Positions 19,688 through 30,139 of a stretch of DNA of 64,000 nucleotides are shown here, one piece after another. Position numbers and translations under genes: made by a program. Source of the DNA: Candidatus Harrisonbacteria bacterium CG10_big_fil_rev_8_21_14_0_10_40_38. GTDB taxonomy: Bacteria; Patescibacteriota; Minisyncoccia; UBA6257; 1-14-0-10-40-38. Where the stretch lies: NCBI GenBank assembly GCA_002773535.1, contig PFAZ01000009.1:34739-98738 (forward strand), read 5' to 3'. The notes under the pieces were generated by a model that was given only the letters and a program-made list of their open reading frames with translations, was not told the DNA's origin and ran no database searches. Each line of letters starts with the position of its first letter. Position 1 is the first letter of the stretch.

Positions 19688-20638
19688 TTAATAACCGAGG
19701 AGAGTAACTGCTTTTTTTAATCCATCAAAGCTTGTACTGATAACGAGGTAGTTATTGACGAAGGCATAGTTGAAAGATGCTCCTTTTTCAGAAAAGACTT
19801 TATAACGAGTCTGGAAACTGTTTAGTTGACCTGATTTAAAGTCCTGGCCATTTCCTGGATTTGCGAGATAAAACCCTGAAAGGTCTGCGCTCTCCATTGC
19901 GTTCATGTTTGATTTTACTTCATCAATATTGACTCCGTTTTTTACTTTTGCGATATAGCCAGGCCATACGCCATCATCGGTGTAATAAAGGAATGCGGTA
20001 AAATCGTTCTCAAACCAATTTTTTATCTGATCTGCAGCGAGAGCAGGGAGATATGCCGAAAGGTATGAACTCCATGGAACTTGGCTTCCTGCGCTGTCTT
20101 TGACGACTATTTCCTGAAGCGAACCACTTGGAAGCTTGGTTACGCTTATTGCCTGAAGGTTTGTGCTGATTGTTGCCGAGAGTATGTTACTTAACCTAAC
20201 TTCGGATGATGCATCTGATTGTCCGAGGAGGTATGTATTGTGAACCATCGCCTGTTCTGTTGGTGTTGGCTTTGGAGATTCCACTACCGCTGTTTCTGGA
20301 AAAAGAAGTGGGCCAACGACAAAGTAGCCTAAAAGCCCAACACCAATAATAACAACACCAAAGACTACCCAAAATAGCCATTTTTTACCGCCCTTATTAC
20401 CCTCTGGCTGACTACCTACTTCTGCGCCCGTAGAGCCATTATTCGAGCTGGGCATCGTTGATTGTGTTTCTGGTTTAAAAAATGCTTCTTTCTCGCTTTG
20501 AGGAGGAAGAACTGACTCCGGCATAGGCGCGGCGTCACCTCTCTGAACTGAATTTGTGTCGGAGCCCATTGTTCTTATCCCGACTTCGCTACTTGGCGGG
20601 GCTCCTACCCCTCCTGGGTTCTGATTATTTTGATCCAT
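19688..20638 (-). CDS. Hypothetical single-pass membrane protein
   Basis: Disordered N-terminus containing IRTMGSD, one TM, extracellular domain. Confidence 0.75.
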   Translation of the reverse strand: MDQNNQNPGGVGAPPSSEVGIRTMGSDTNSVQRGDAAPMPESVLPPQSEKEAFFKPETQSTMPSSNNGSTGAEVGSQPEGNKGGKKWLFWVVFGVVIIGVGLLGYFVVGPLLFPETAVVESPKPTPTEQAMVHNTYLLGQSDASSEVRLSNILSATISTNLQAISVTKLPSGSLQEIVVKDSAGSQVPWSSYLSAYLPALAADQIKNWFENDFTAFLYYTDDGVWPGYIAKVKNGVNIDEVKSNMNAMESADLSGFYLANPGNGQDFKSGQLNSFQTRYKVFSEKGASFNYAFVNNYLVISTSFDGLKKAVTLLGY

Positions 20639-20717
20639 ATTAGTAAGTTTTTTCTTAAGACTAACATAAATAAGACCATCGGACTGTGGACAACTTTATT
20701 ATTTTCGAGAATAATTT

Positions 20718-22841
20718 TTATTGCCTTGGTTCCGGTCCTTTTTCTTCTAAAGCCTTCATCGAGAGGCCAATTTTACCTTCCTCAACTTTAATAACTTTTG
20801 CGCGTACGTGGTCTCCGAGCTTTACAACATCTGTGACGTTCTTAACATATCCATTTTTTAACTCTGACACATGGACCATGCCATCTTGGTGTGGCGATAA
20901 TTGAACTATGGCACCAAAGTCTAAAATTCTTACAATTTCGCCTTCTACAATCTCCCCAACCTCAAATGTTTTAGCAATTGATTTTACCATTTCTAGCGCT
21001 GCTTCGGCTTGTTCTTTTGTCTGACCGGTAATAAATACCTGACCGGTTTGTTCTATATCAATTGAAAGCGCGCCTGTATCAGCAATGATGCCGTTTATCA
21101 TTTTTCCTCCTGGGCCTATCACCTCGCCTATTTTTGATTCAGGAATATGGGTTGTGAGAATTACCGGAGCAAATTCTGAAACATCTTTTCTGGGAGCATC
21201 TATTGTCTTTTCCATCACATCCAATATGTGGAACCTTGCTTTTTTTGCAGCTTCTAAAACCTCCACAATCATTTTTCCTGTTACGCCATTTATTTTCACA
21301 TCTAACTGAATGGCCGTTACACCGTCTCTGGTTCCTGCAACTTTAAAATCCATGTCACCAAAATGGTCTTCTGGTCCTTGTATGTCTGTGAGAATCTTAT
21401 AATCGCCAGAAGAATTACTCATGAGTCCCATCGCAATACCTGCAACGGGTTTTTTAATAGGAACCCCTGCATCCATAAGAGAAAGCGATGCAGAACAAAC
21501 AGTTGCCATTGAAGATGAACCATTTGAGGAGAGGATTTCTGAGACGACTCTTATTGTGTACGGGAACTCTTCTTGTGAGGGAATAATATTTTTCAAAGCT
21601 TTCCCCGCGAGCGCTCCATGACCAATTTCTCTTCTACCCGGACCTCTTGAAGTCCCGGTTTCACCTACGGAATAAGACGGGAAATTATAATGAAGAAGAA
21701 ATCTTCTTTTACCGCTCCACTCAATACTTTCCACTGTTTGTTCGGAATTTGGAGGGCCAAGAGTTGTTACGGTAAGGGCTTGGGTATTTCCTCTTATAAA
21801 TAGAGCTGATCCGTGCATTCTTTCAAATAGTCCGATTTCCGCGTATAAATCACGGACCTGATCAAGTTTTCTGCCATCTGGACGCTTATCGGATTCGATA
21901 ACATTTTTATGAACTAGGGTATCTATCTCATCTTCGATAAAACCGTCTATTGAGCCTAATTCTTTTCCGGGAACTTCTTCTCCTTCAAGAGATTCATTAA
22001 CTGATTTTTTTAATGCGTCTATACGAACTTCTCTTTCTGTTTTATCTTCGGTGTAAATCGTATTTTCTAACTTATCGCTGATTAATGATCTTATTTTTTC
22101 CTTAATTGAGTCGCCCGGATCTGCAAGCGGAATCTGTTCCTTTTCTTTTCCTATTTTTTCAATAATCCCTTTCTGCCAAGTGACAAGTTTTGCTATTTCA
22201 TCTTGAGCTATTTTGCATCCGTCGGTGACAACCGACTCGTCGGCTTCAATGCCCTCGAGCTCGATCATGTTTATATAATTACTGGTTCCAGCAATAAAGC
22301 CCGAAAATTTTTCATCCCCGTTTAGACTTTGTCCATTTGAATTAAAAACGAACTCGCCATTTTGTTTACCAGAAATCCTAACTCCAGCTACAGGTCCATC
22401 CCAGGGAATTTTTGAAATACCTAGAGCGGTTGAAGCTGTTAAAAGAGCGATAAAGTCGGGATCGCTTTTTTCATCGATAGAGAGAACTGTCACAACTACC
22501 TGAACGGGCCTCCTCATTCTGTGGTCAAACAGCGGTCTTATTGTTCTGTCTATAATTCTGCCGGAAAGGATTGCCTCTTCTGATGGCCTGCCTTCGCGTC
22601 GAACAAATCTGCTGCCAATTATTTTTCCTGCTGCATAAAAACGTTCTTCGTAGTCAACGGTGAGTGGAAAAAAATCTCCCGGACGGTCTTCTTTTGCCAT
22701 AACTACCGTTACTAGAACGACTGTTTCTTCATATTTTCCTAAAACAGCAGACGTTGCCTGATCTGCAAGACCTGATACTTCTAGTGATAGCTGCTTACCG
22801 GCAAACTCTGTTTCAAATTTCTGCCTATTGAGATTAATCAT
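20718..22841 (-). CDS. pnp: Polyribonucleotide nucleotidyltransferase
   Basis: FFPLTVDY, RREIGHG, SNGSSSMA, GDMDFKVAG, KH and S1 domains. Confidence 0.97.
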   Translation of the reverse strand: MINLNRQKFETEFAGKQLSLEVSGLADQATSAVLGKYEETVVLVTVVMAKEDRPGDFFPLTVDYEERFYAAGKIIGSRFVRREGRPSEEAILSGRIIDRTIRPLFDHRMRRPVQVVVTVLSIDEKSDPDFIALLTASTALGISKIPWDGPVAGVRISGKQNGEFVFNSNGQSLNGDEKFSGFIAGTSNYINMIELEGIEADESVVTDGCKIAQDEIAKLVTWQKGIIEKIGKEKEQIPLADPGDSIKEKIRSLISDKLENTIYTEDKTEREVRIDALKKSVNESLEGEEVPGKELGSIDGFIEDEIDTLVHKNVIESDKRPDGRKLDQVRDLYAEIGLFERMHGSALFIRGNTQALTVTTLGPPNSEQTVESIEWSGKRRFLLHYNFPSYSVGETGTSRGPGRREIGHGALAGKALKNIIPSQEEFPYTIRVVSEILSSNGSSSMATVCSASLSLMDAGVPIKKPVAGIAMGLMSNSSGDYKILTDIQGPEDHFGDMDFKVAGTRDGVTAIQLDVKINGVTGKMIVEVLEAAKKARFHILDVMEKTIDAPRKDVSEFAPVILTTHIPESKIGEVIGPGGKMINGIIADTGALSIDIEQTGQVFITGQTKEQAEAALEMVKSIAKTFEVGEIVEGEIVRILDFGAIVQLSPHQDGMVHVSELKNGYVKNVTDVVKLGDHVRAKVIKVEEGKIGLSMKALEEKGPEPRQ

Positions 22842-22853
22842 TGCTGTATTTTT

Positions 22854-23432
22854 TTATTTTCTTCTTTTTATGTTTAGTAAAATTTTTGGTATGTCGTCGA
22901 GACTTATAAATTTGTCTGCCGCCTCCCTGAGGCGAGAGGATGCGCTTTTACCAAAAGCGGCGACTTCGACGACCTTGCCAAGACCCCATTGGAGATACTC
23001 GATAAGAGGAACAAAGTCTCCATCCCCTGTTACGAGAATAATATTATCGAGAGAACCGGACATACGAATAGCATCGACTGCGAGTCCTACGTCCCAATCG
23101 GCTTTTTTCATGCCGCCGGGGTAAACCTGAAGATCCTTACTTCTTAGCTCGAACCCTGTTTCTTCTAATGCTTTAAAAAAAGCAGCCTCTGGCGAGACTA
23201 CTCGTCTGTTTTTCCCGCTTGTTTTTTCTTTTTCAGCTTCTCCGTGAAAGAAGCCGTCGATGCCTTCTGATTTTACAACATAAGCAACTGCGCGCATCAG
23301 CTTTCTTTCGCCGACAATATTGTTTACAAGTTCGTTGTAGTTGACGCGTGAGTTGTATAAGTTCTTTGCCGAGTGGTAAAGGTTTTGAATATCAACGAAT
23401 ACACCTATTCGCTGATCTTTTTCCGCAATCAT
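22854..23432 (-). CDS. NYN/LabA-DUF88 PIN-fold nuclease
   Basis: VFVDIQNLY, KADWDVGLAVD, VTGDGDF, LREAADKF. Confidence 0.9.
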   Translation of the reverse strand: MIAEKDQRIGVFVDIQNLYHSAKNLYNSRVNYNELVNNIVGERKLMRAVAYVVKSEGIDGFFHGEAEKEKTSGKNRRVVSPEAAFFKALEETGFELRSKDLQVYPGGMKKADWDVGLAVDAIRMSGSLDNIILVTGDGDFVPLIEYLQWGLGKVVEVAAFGKSASSRLREAADKFISLDDIPKILLNIKRRK

Positions 23433-23695
23433 CTTTTTAGATTAAGTTTTTTTAAAATTGCTTTATATTTTTTAGGATCTGTACTTTCAACGTATTCTAG
23501 AAGCCTTCTTCTCTTTCCAACCATTTTTAAGAGACCCCGCCTTGAGTGATGGTCTTTTTGATTTGTTTTGAGGTGTGCTGTTAGCTCTTCTATTCGCTTT
23601 GTGAGTAGAGATATCTGAACCGGAGCCGATCCAGTATCTGTTTCGTGAATAGAGCTTTCCTTTATGATGTTTTTCTTTTTTCGTGATGTAAGCAT
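23429..23695 (-). CDS. rpsO: 30S ribosomal protein S15
   Basis: DTGS.PVQI, KDHHSRRGLLKMVGKRRRLL. Confidence 0.97.
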   Translation of the reverse strand: MLTSRKKKNIIKESSIHETDTGSAPVQISLLTKRIEELTAHLKTNQKDHHSRRGLLKMVGKRRRLLEYVESTDPKKYKAILKKLNLKR

Positions 23696-23709
23696 ATTTA
23701 AAAATTATT

Positions 23710-24786
23710 TTATTTCTTTAGCTTGAGAATGATTCTTTTTTCGGACGCTTTCACAAGCTCGACCTTGAAGGTATACATCTTGCCTTCTTCAAGAGCTTTT
23801 TTCATGTCTTCAACACTTCCAAATTCAGAGACGTGAATCAATCCTTGAATATCTTCATCGAGAAGAATGAAAGCCCCAAAAGGATTAAACCTGGTAACAG
23901 AACCCTTCACTTCATCTCCTGGTTTGTATTCATCCTCAACTTTTTCCCATGGGTCAGGCTTAAGCGCCTTTAGGGAAAGGGAAACTCTGTTGTCTTTGAT
24001 TTCAATAATTTTTGCTTTTACAGCATCCCCTATCTTTACTACGTCTTTTGGATTTTCAATAAGTCTGTGATCAAGCTCTGAAATATGAATAAGACCTTCG
24101 ATTTGAGGATTGTCGGCAAATCTCATAAAGGCTCCGAAATCTGCAACGCCTGAGATGATTCCATCAACGATGTCGTCAACTTTGTATTTTGCTAAAAGCT
24201 CTTTTACGTTTTCTTGAACAGTCTCTCTTTCGGAGAGAATGATTTTATTTGCTCGAGGTTTTATATCGATAATTTTTACCTTGAGGTCGCTGCCAACAAG
24301 CTTTCGTAGTTCTTCTAAAATGCGCCCCTTATCTCCGTCATCAACTCTTGGGTAGTGATCTGTAGTGAGTTGAGAAACAGGCAGAAAAGCTCGCATATTA
24401 TTAACTTCTGCAAGAAGACCACCTGAATTTGCTCCGGTTATTTTAACAGTAATAATCTCTCCTTGCTCCATGAATTCCTTAACAGAATCCCAAACTTTTT
24501 GCGCACCTGCTTCAGTGAGAGATAATTCTACATATCCGTTTTCATTTTCTACATCAACTACTTTAGCTGATATTTTATCGCCTGTTTTGAGCCCCTTGAT
24601 GACTCTGCTGGCATTTGAAAACTCTGCCCCATAAACAATTCCAGTGCCAAAGGCCCCGAGATCGAAATATGCCGATTTTGCGGTTGATTCTATTAATATT
24701 CCTTCTACTAGGTCGCTGGGTTTTAATATTGAAAGCCCTGATGTGAGCTTTAATAGTTGATTAATTACTAAGTTGTTTTTTCGCAT
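23710..24786 (-). CDS. rpsA: 30S ribosomal protein S1 (four S1 domains)
   Basis: AFLPVSQL, DFGAF..EGLIHISEL, PFGAF..GLIHVSE. Confidence 0.88.
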   Translation of the reverse strand: MRKNNLVINQLLKLTSGLSILKPSDLVEGILIESTAKSAYFDLGAFGTGIVYGAEFSNASRVIKGLKTGDKISAKVVDVENENGYVELSLTEAGAQKVWDSVKEFMEQGEIITVKITGANSGGLLAEVNNMRAFLPVSQLTTDHYPRVDDGDKGRILEELRKLVGSDLKVKIIDIKPRANKIILSERETVQENVKELLAKYKVDDIVDGIISGVADFGAFMRFADNPQIEGLIHISELDHRLIENPKDVVKIGDAVKAKIIEIKDNRVSLSLKALKPDPWEKVEDEYKPGDEVKGSVTRFNPFGAFILLDEDIQGLIHVSEFGSVEDMKKALEEGKMYTFKVELVKASEKRIILKLKK

Positions 24787-24928
24787 GCGGATTTAGATAA
24801 TTTTCTACAAAATCTGAACAAATCTGCCTTGTAGAACTTCCCGAAGAGTATACATAATGGTGCTTTTGTAGTCAAATTTAGGCTTGAGATTTTACCGCTT
24901 TTTAAGTACAATATATGTACTCAATAAT

Positions 24929-25546
24929 ATGGTAATTAACTGGTATGGAGAGGGCTGTTTTCGCATACAAAGTGGGGACACAACCCTAAAAGTTGATCCT
25001 TTCGATTCCTCTACGGGGCTAACGCCGCCCCGTTTTAAGGCTGATCTCACAATCTTTACCGACACAAATTACCCCCTCCCGGATTCTGCCTCTGAGTCGG
25101 AAGATGGAACTATTATCGTGGGTCCTGGCGAATATGAAATAAAAGGAATACAGGTTCTTGGCTGGCAAGCGGAAGCGGAAAAGGAGAAAATAAAATCTAT
25201 ATACCTTGTGAATTTTGAAGATATGCGGCTTGGATTTTTAGGGAATTTAAAATCAATACCAAAAGCTGAAGCGGTTGAGGAACTTGATGGAGTTGATATT
25301 CTTTTTGTTCCGGCAGGTGGAGAATCCTTTGCTTCACAAGCGTCTATTGGGAAACTGATAAAACAAATAAGCCCCAAAATAATCATTCCTTCATTTTTTT
25401 CAGTTCCAAATCTAAAGCGAAAAGCGGATAAGATTTCTGTTTTTCTTGATGAAATCGGAAAACAAGATACAAAACCTCAGGAAAAATTAACTATAAAAAA
25501 GAAGGAGTTATCACAATCTATGCAGGTTATTGTTTTAACTGTTTAA
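24929..25546 (+). CDS. MBL-fold (Lactamase_B_3-like) protein, metal ligands apparently degenerate
   Basis: INWYGEGCF, GPGEYEIKG, DILFVPAGG, PKIIIP; no HxHxDH motif seen. Confidence 0.75.
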   Translation: MVINWYGEGCFRIQSGDTTLKVDPFDSSTGLTPPRFKADLTIFTDTNYPLPDSASESEDGTIIVGPGEYEIKGIQVLGWQAEAEKEKIKSIYLVNFEDMRLGFLGNLKSIPKAEAVEELDGVDILFVPAGGESFASQASIGKLIKQISPKIIIPSFFSVPNLKRKADKISVFLDEIGKQDTKPQEKLTIKKKELSQSMQVIVLTV

Positions 25547-25550
25547 AACT

Positions 25551-25874
25551 ATGACAAGCTCAATTCATGATTTTTTGGATAGAATACGAAAATCTCCTAT
25601 TAAGACAAGAAAGAGATGGCAATATACACTTACTGCATCAGCTATGGTAATTATTATTGCCGGATGGGGAGCTTATACCGGACTTTTAATAAAACCTGCT
25701 TTTAGTGAAACTAAACAGGAAAGCGCCCAAAGTGAACCCGGCATAACTGGGACATTTTCAGCAGGCCTTGCAGTTATAGTTTCTGAGGCGCAGGATTTGG
25801 GCTCAAAACTTTCAGATTATTTACGTTCGACGATTGGGTCATCCAGAAAAATAAAAGTGGAGCGTTCACAGTAA
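25551..25874 (+). CDS. Hypothetical membrane protein
   Basis: One TM; tightly packed in the operon upstream of gyrA. Confidence 0.7.
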   Translation: MTSSIHDFLDRIRKSPIKTRKRWQYTLTASAMVIIIAGWGAYTGLLIKPAFSETKQESAQSEPGITGTFSAGLAVIVSEAQDLGSKLSDYLRSTIGSSRKIKVERSQ

Positions 25875-25879
25875 TTAAT

Positions 25880-28351
25880 ATGGCAAACATAGAAAAAAGA
25901 GAAATAACATCAGAACTTCAGGAAGCGTATCTTGATTACGCAATGTCAGTAATAGTAATGCGCGCATTACCAGATGTTCGTGACGGATTAAAACCGGTGC
26001 AGAGAAGAATTCTCTGGACGATGTGGGACAACGGAATAACGTCAACTTCGAAGTTTAGAAAATCTGCTTACGTGACTGGTGAGACCATGGGTAAATATCA
26101 TCCTCATGGAAATTCTGCGATTTATGACTCTATTGCGAGAATGGCGCAAGATTTTTCTTTAAGATATCCGCTTATTGATGGACAAGGAAACTGGGGATCG
26201 ATAGATGGCGATGCTCCTGCAGCCGAGCGTTATACCGAGTGCCGGCTTTCAAAAATTTCAGAAGAACTTCTTACCGATATCGAAAAAGAAACCGTTGACT
26301 GGCAAGAAACGTATGACGCGAGCAGAAAAGAGCCGAAGGTTTTGCCTGCAAGAATTCCAAACCTTCTTTTAAATGGAGCTGTTGGTATCGCTGTTGGTAT
26401 GGCAACAAATATACCGCCTCACAATCTTAGAGAAGTTTCTGATGCCATTCTTCATATAATAGATAATCCAAAAGCATCTACGGCGGATGTGATGAATATA
26501 ATAAGCGGCCCTGATTTTCCAACAGGTGGAATTATTTATGACAGAAAAGCTATAACCGAAGCATATACAACCGGCAGGGGCTCATTTACTACAAGGGGTG
26601 TTGCAGAAATTGTGGAAAGAAAAGGAGGAAAGGGATCACACGATATAGTCATAAGCGAAATACCTTATCAAGTAAATAAAGCTGAGCTCATAATAAAAAT
26701 CGCAGAGTTGGTTCAGGACAAGAGACTCGTTGGTGTGAGAGACGTTCGAGACGAGTCTGATAGAGATGGACTACGAATAGTAATTGAATTGAAAGGCGAC
26801 TCGTCTCCACAAAAAACTCTCAATCAGTTGTATAGACACACGGATCTACAGAAAGATTTTCACTTGAACATGATCGCTCTTGTAGAGACGACTGATGACA
26901 CTGGAGAAAACAAAGGGCTACAACCACAGGTTCTTTCAATAAAAGATGTTCTCGAGCTTTATGTTGCGCACAGAGAAACGGTTGTGAGAAAGAGAGCGGA
27001 GTTTGACCTTAGAAAAGCTGAGGAGAGGGCTCATATATTAGAAGGACTATCCAAGGCTCTTGATTCAATAGATAGAGTAATTGAAACGATTAAAAAGTCA
27101 GCGAACAAGGAAGAAGCTCATAAGAATCTTGTTTCAAAATTTAAATTGTCAGACATACAGGCACAGGCGATTTTAGAGATGAGGCTTCAGACACTTGCTG
27201 CGCTCGAACAGAAAAAGATAGAAGATGAACTTAAGGAAAAACTAGCTCTTATAAAAGATTTACAAATTCTTCTTAAGAGCCCTACAAAAATAAGAGGTGT
27301 AATCAAAAGCGAAGTAATAGAAGTTAAAGAAAAATTTGGTGATGAGCGCAGAACCAAAGTTGTCGCAGGTGGACTGAAGCAATTAAACGAAGAAGATTTA
27401 ATTCCACAAGAAGAAGCCATAATCACATTTTCACAGAGTGGATACATAAAACGTCTTCCACCGGGAACATTTAAGAGTCAGAAGCGTGGTGGCAAGGGAC
27501 TTATCGGGTCCGAGCTTAGTGATGAAGACTTTTTGACTCATCTTATATTTGCGCAGACTCACGACAATATTCTTTTCTTCACAAACAAAGGACGTGTATT
27601 TCAGACAAAAGTTTGGGAAATACCTGCGGCGAGTAGAGTTGCTAAAGGAAAGCCGGTACACAACTTTTTAGAAATACCTCCGGAAGAACAGGTTACAGCG
27701 ATAATTTCTTATAGTGGAAAACAAGCAAAAGAAGATTCTTCCGGATTTCTGGTAATGCTTACAAGGGAAGGGGTTATGAAAAAAACATCTCTTTCGGACT
27801 TTTCACATGTAAGAAGGACCGGAATTATAGCAATAACACTTGGAAAGACTGACCAACTTGGATGGGTGCATATGTCCAGCGGTTCTGATGAAATAATTGT
27901 TACAACAGAAAAGGGTCAATCTATAAGATTTAAAGAATCACAGGTTCGCCCAATGGGTAGATCAGCGAGTGGAGTTAGAGCAATTCGTCTTGGGAAAGGA
28001 GATTTTGCAAGTTCGATGAATATTATCGATGAGGAGAGTAAAAAAAATAAAGACACGAAACTCCTTGTCGTTATGAGCAATGGATTTGGTAAACAAACCC
28101 CACTTTCCGAATATAGACTACAGAGCAGAGGCGGCAGTGGAATAAAGACTGCAAACATAACCACAAAGACCGGACCTCTTATGACAGCGCATGTTATTTC
28201 TGACGAGGAAGAGATTATTGCGATTTCTGCAAAAGGACAAACGATAAGGACTAAACTTTCTGATGTAAGGACGGCGAGTAGAGCGACACAGGGCGTGAAG
28301 GTTATGACTCTTAGACCCGGTGATAGATTAGTAGGAACTATTTGCTTGTAG
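25880..28351 (+). CDS. gyrA: DNA gyrase subunit A
   Basis: RALPDVRDGLKPVQRR, YHPHG, AAERYTE, GyrA-box QKRGGKG. Confidence 0.97.
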   Translation: MANIEKREITSELQEAYLDYAMSVIVMRALPDVRDGLKPVQRRILWTMWDNGITSTSKFRKSAYVTGETMGKYHPHGNSAIYDSIARMAQDFSLRYPLIDGQGNWGSIDGDAPAAERYTECRLSKISEELLTDIEKETVDWQETYDASRKEPKVLPARIPNLLLNGAVGIAVGMATNIPPHNLREVSDAILHIIDNPKASTADVMNIISGPDFPTGGIIYDRKAITEAYTTGRGSFTTRGVAEIVERKGGKGSHDIVISEIPYQVNKAELIIKIAELVQDKRLVGVRDVRDESDRDGLRIVIELKGDSSPQKTLNQLYRHTDLQKDFHLNMIALVETTDDTGENKGLQPQVLSIKDVLELYVAHRETVVRKRAEFDLRKAEERAHILEGLSKALDSIDRVIETIKKSANKEEAHKNLVSKFKLSDIQAQAILEMRLQTLAALEQKKIEDELKEKLALIKDLQILLKSPTKIRGVIKSEVIEVKEKFGDERRTKVVAGGLKQLNEEDLIPQEEAIITFSQSGYIKRLPPGTFKSQKRGGKGLIGSELSDEDFLTHLIFAQTHDNILFFTNKGRVFQTKVWEIPAASRVAKGKPVHNFLEIPPEEQVTAIISYSGKQAKEDSSGFLVMLTREGVMKKTSLSDFSHVRRTGIIAITLGKTDQLGWVHMSSGSDEIIVTTEKGQSIRFKESQVRPMGRSASGVRAIRLGKGDFASSMNIIDEESKKNKDTKLLVVMSNGFGKQTPLSEYRLQSRGGSGIKTANITTKTGPLMTAHVISDEEEIIAISAKGQTIRTKLSDVRTASRATQGVKVMTLRPGDRLVGTICL

Positions 28352-28362
28352 AAATTTTAAAT

Positions 28363-28399
28363 TTAAAAACCCCCTTTAACTCATGAAGGGGGTTTTTAA
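28363..28399. terminator. Intrinsic terminator after gyrA
   Basis: TTAAAAACCCCCTT...AAGGGGGTTTTTAA. Confidence 0.75.
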
Positions 28400-28434
28400 T
28401 TAACACATAGTTTTTCGCAATTGCTATATACTAT

Positions 28435-29730
28435 ATGTATATGCCAAGAAGCAGAGTTATTTTGATCGGTATCTTTGGACTTTTAGCACTTTTTTTCGCA
28501 CTTTTGTTTTTGGGAATTATTCCCGGATTGCAGGAGGATGCGAAGAGTAAAACCCCTCTGACTTTCTGGGGAGTTTTTGATAGTAAGGATGTTATTGATT
28601 CTGTCTCGGCGTCTGTTCCGGGGTATACAATCACCTATCGCCAATTTAGCCCGCAAACATATGAGTCAGAACTTTTAAATGCGCTTGCTGCAGGAAATGG
28701 CCCTGATGTATTTATGTTTCACAACTCATGGTTACCGAAACATGCGGATAAAATTGCGCCTGTAACGGCGAGGGATCTTTCTATTGGGAGTTTGAGGGAT
28801 TATTTCCCAACTGTTGTGGAGCAGGATTTTGCGCCGGATCGTCAGACGATATATGCTCTTCCGCTTTACATGGATACATTAGCGCTTCTATATAATAGAG
28901 ATATTTTTGACACAAAAGGCGTTCCCCTGCCGCCAAAAAACTGGAGTGAATTTCTTGCTACTATTCCGAAGTTAAGAGAAATAGATAGTACTGGCAGAAT
29001 AACAAAAGCCGCTGCGGCGATAGGCGGATCGGGAAAGAGCATCAACAGAGCTTCTGACTTATTGTCCGAAATAATGCTTCAAGCTGGAGTTTCTATGACT
29101 TCGAACGACTACGGTAGGGCGACTTTTTCGACAAATGGCCTACAGCCGCTTCTCTTTTATACCCAATTTGCAAACTCTGCCAGCGAGGCATATACATGGA
29201 GTGACGCTTTTGGAAATTCGATAGATAGTTTTGCTGATGGCTCTACAGCGATGATGTTTAATTATTCTTATCAGATACCAATCCTACTTCAAAAAAATCC
29301 GTTTCTTTCCATTGGTGTTGCCCCATTTCCACAACCGGCCGGAGCCGAAGCAAATCCTGTAAATTTTGCCAACTATTGGGGAGTTGCTGTGGCGAGTCAA
29401 ACGCGAGTTCCTACCGAGGCTTGGCAATTTATCTTAAAACTTACGACTGATGAATCTATTGCCGGAACATATGCAAACGCGACCGGAAGATTGCCGGCTC
29501 TAAAGTCGTTGATATCGGCAAGACTCAACGACCCAATATGGGGCGTGTTTGCAAACGCAGCGCTTTCTGCCAGGTCATGGCCGCAGATTGATAACAATGC
29601 AGTTGATCAGATTTTTTCAAATTTAATTGAAAATGTAATTACCGGAAAATCTGATGCGGCAAGAGCTCTACAAGAAGCAGAGCGATCCGTGACATCTCTT
29701 ATGGAACGTCAGAGATCTACAACTTTTTAA
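28435..29730 (+). CDS. Membrane-anchored extracellular solute-binding protein (family 1, sugar-type)
   Basis: N-terminal TM, LAAGNGPDVF, IYALPLYMDTLALLYNRDIF, PPKNW, FANYWG. Confidence 0.88.
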   Translation: MYMPRSRVILIGIFGLLALFFALLFLGIIPGLQEDAKSKTPLTFWGVFDSKDVIDSVSASVPGYTITYRQFSPQTYESELLNALAAGNGPDVFMFHNSWLPKHADKIAPVTARDLSIGSLRDYFPTVVEQDFAPDRQTIYALPLYMDTLALLYNRDIFDTKGVPLPPKNWSEFLATIPKLREIDSTGRITKAAAAIGGSGKSINRASDLLSEIMLQAGVSMTSNDYGRATFSTNGLQPLLFYTQFANSASEAYTWSDAFGNSIDSFADGSTAMMFNYSYQIPILLQKNPFLSIGVAPFPQPAGAEANPVNFANYWGVAVASQTRVPTEAWQFILKLTTDESIAGTYANATGRLPALKSLISARLNDPIWGVFANAALSARSWPQIDNNAVDQIFSNLIENVITGKSDAARALQEAERSVTSLMERQRSTTF

Positions 29731-29731
29731 T

Positions 29732-30136
29732 ATGAAAAGACGGATAAATCTTGATAAAGTTATAAAAATTTTTTTGGTTTCAGTTTTTGTTTTGGGTTTA
29801 TTTGCATCTGTTGCGCCACAAGCGTTTGCGGCAGTGAGGCTTTTTGGAATCAATGTTGATTGTGACCCATCTCTACCTCCTGCAAGCGGTGGATGCGGTA
29901 TTTCAACTTTTTTCCAATTTTTATGGATTATTATAGACAGGCTTATGAAGTACATAGCCATACCTGTTTCGGTGCTTATGTTTATATGGGGCGGATATGA
30001 TATGATTTTGTCAGGAGGATCGCCGGGGAAATACGAAGGAGGTTTAAAAAAGATGAAGGCGGCGTTTATAGGTTTAGTTATTTCTTTGTCTGCGATTGTT
30101 ATCGTAAGTTTTATAGGAAATTTTTTCTTTAAATAA
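29732..30136 (+). CDS. TrbC/VirB2-like pilin
   Basis: Signal peptide, Cys pair, two hydrophobic helices with the pattern MFIWGG..MILSGG.P.KY...A.IG. Confidence 0.72.
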   Translation: MKRRINLDKVIKIFLVSVFVLGLFASVAPQAFAAVRLFGINVDCDPSLPPASGGCGISTFFQFLWIIIDRLMKYIAIPVSVLMFIWGGYDMILSGGSPGKYEGGLKKMKAAFIGLVISLSAIVIVSFIGNFFFK

Positions 30137-30139
30137 TTT

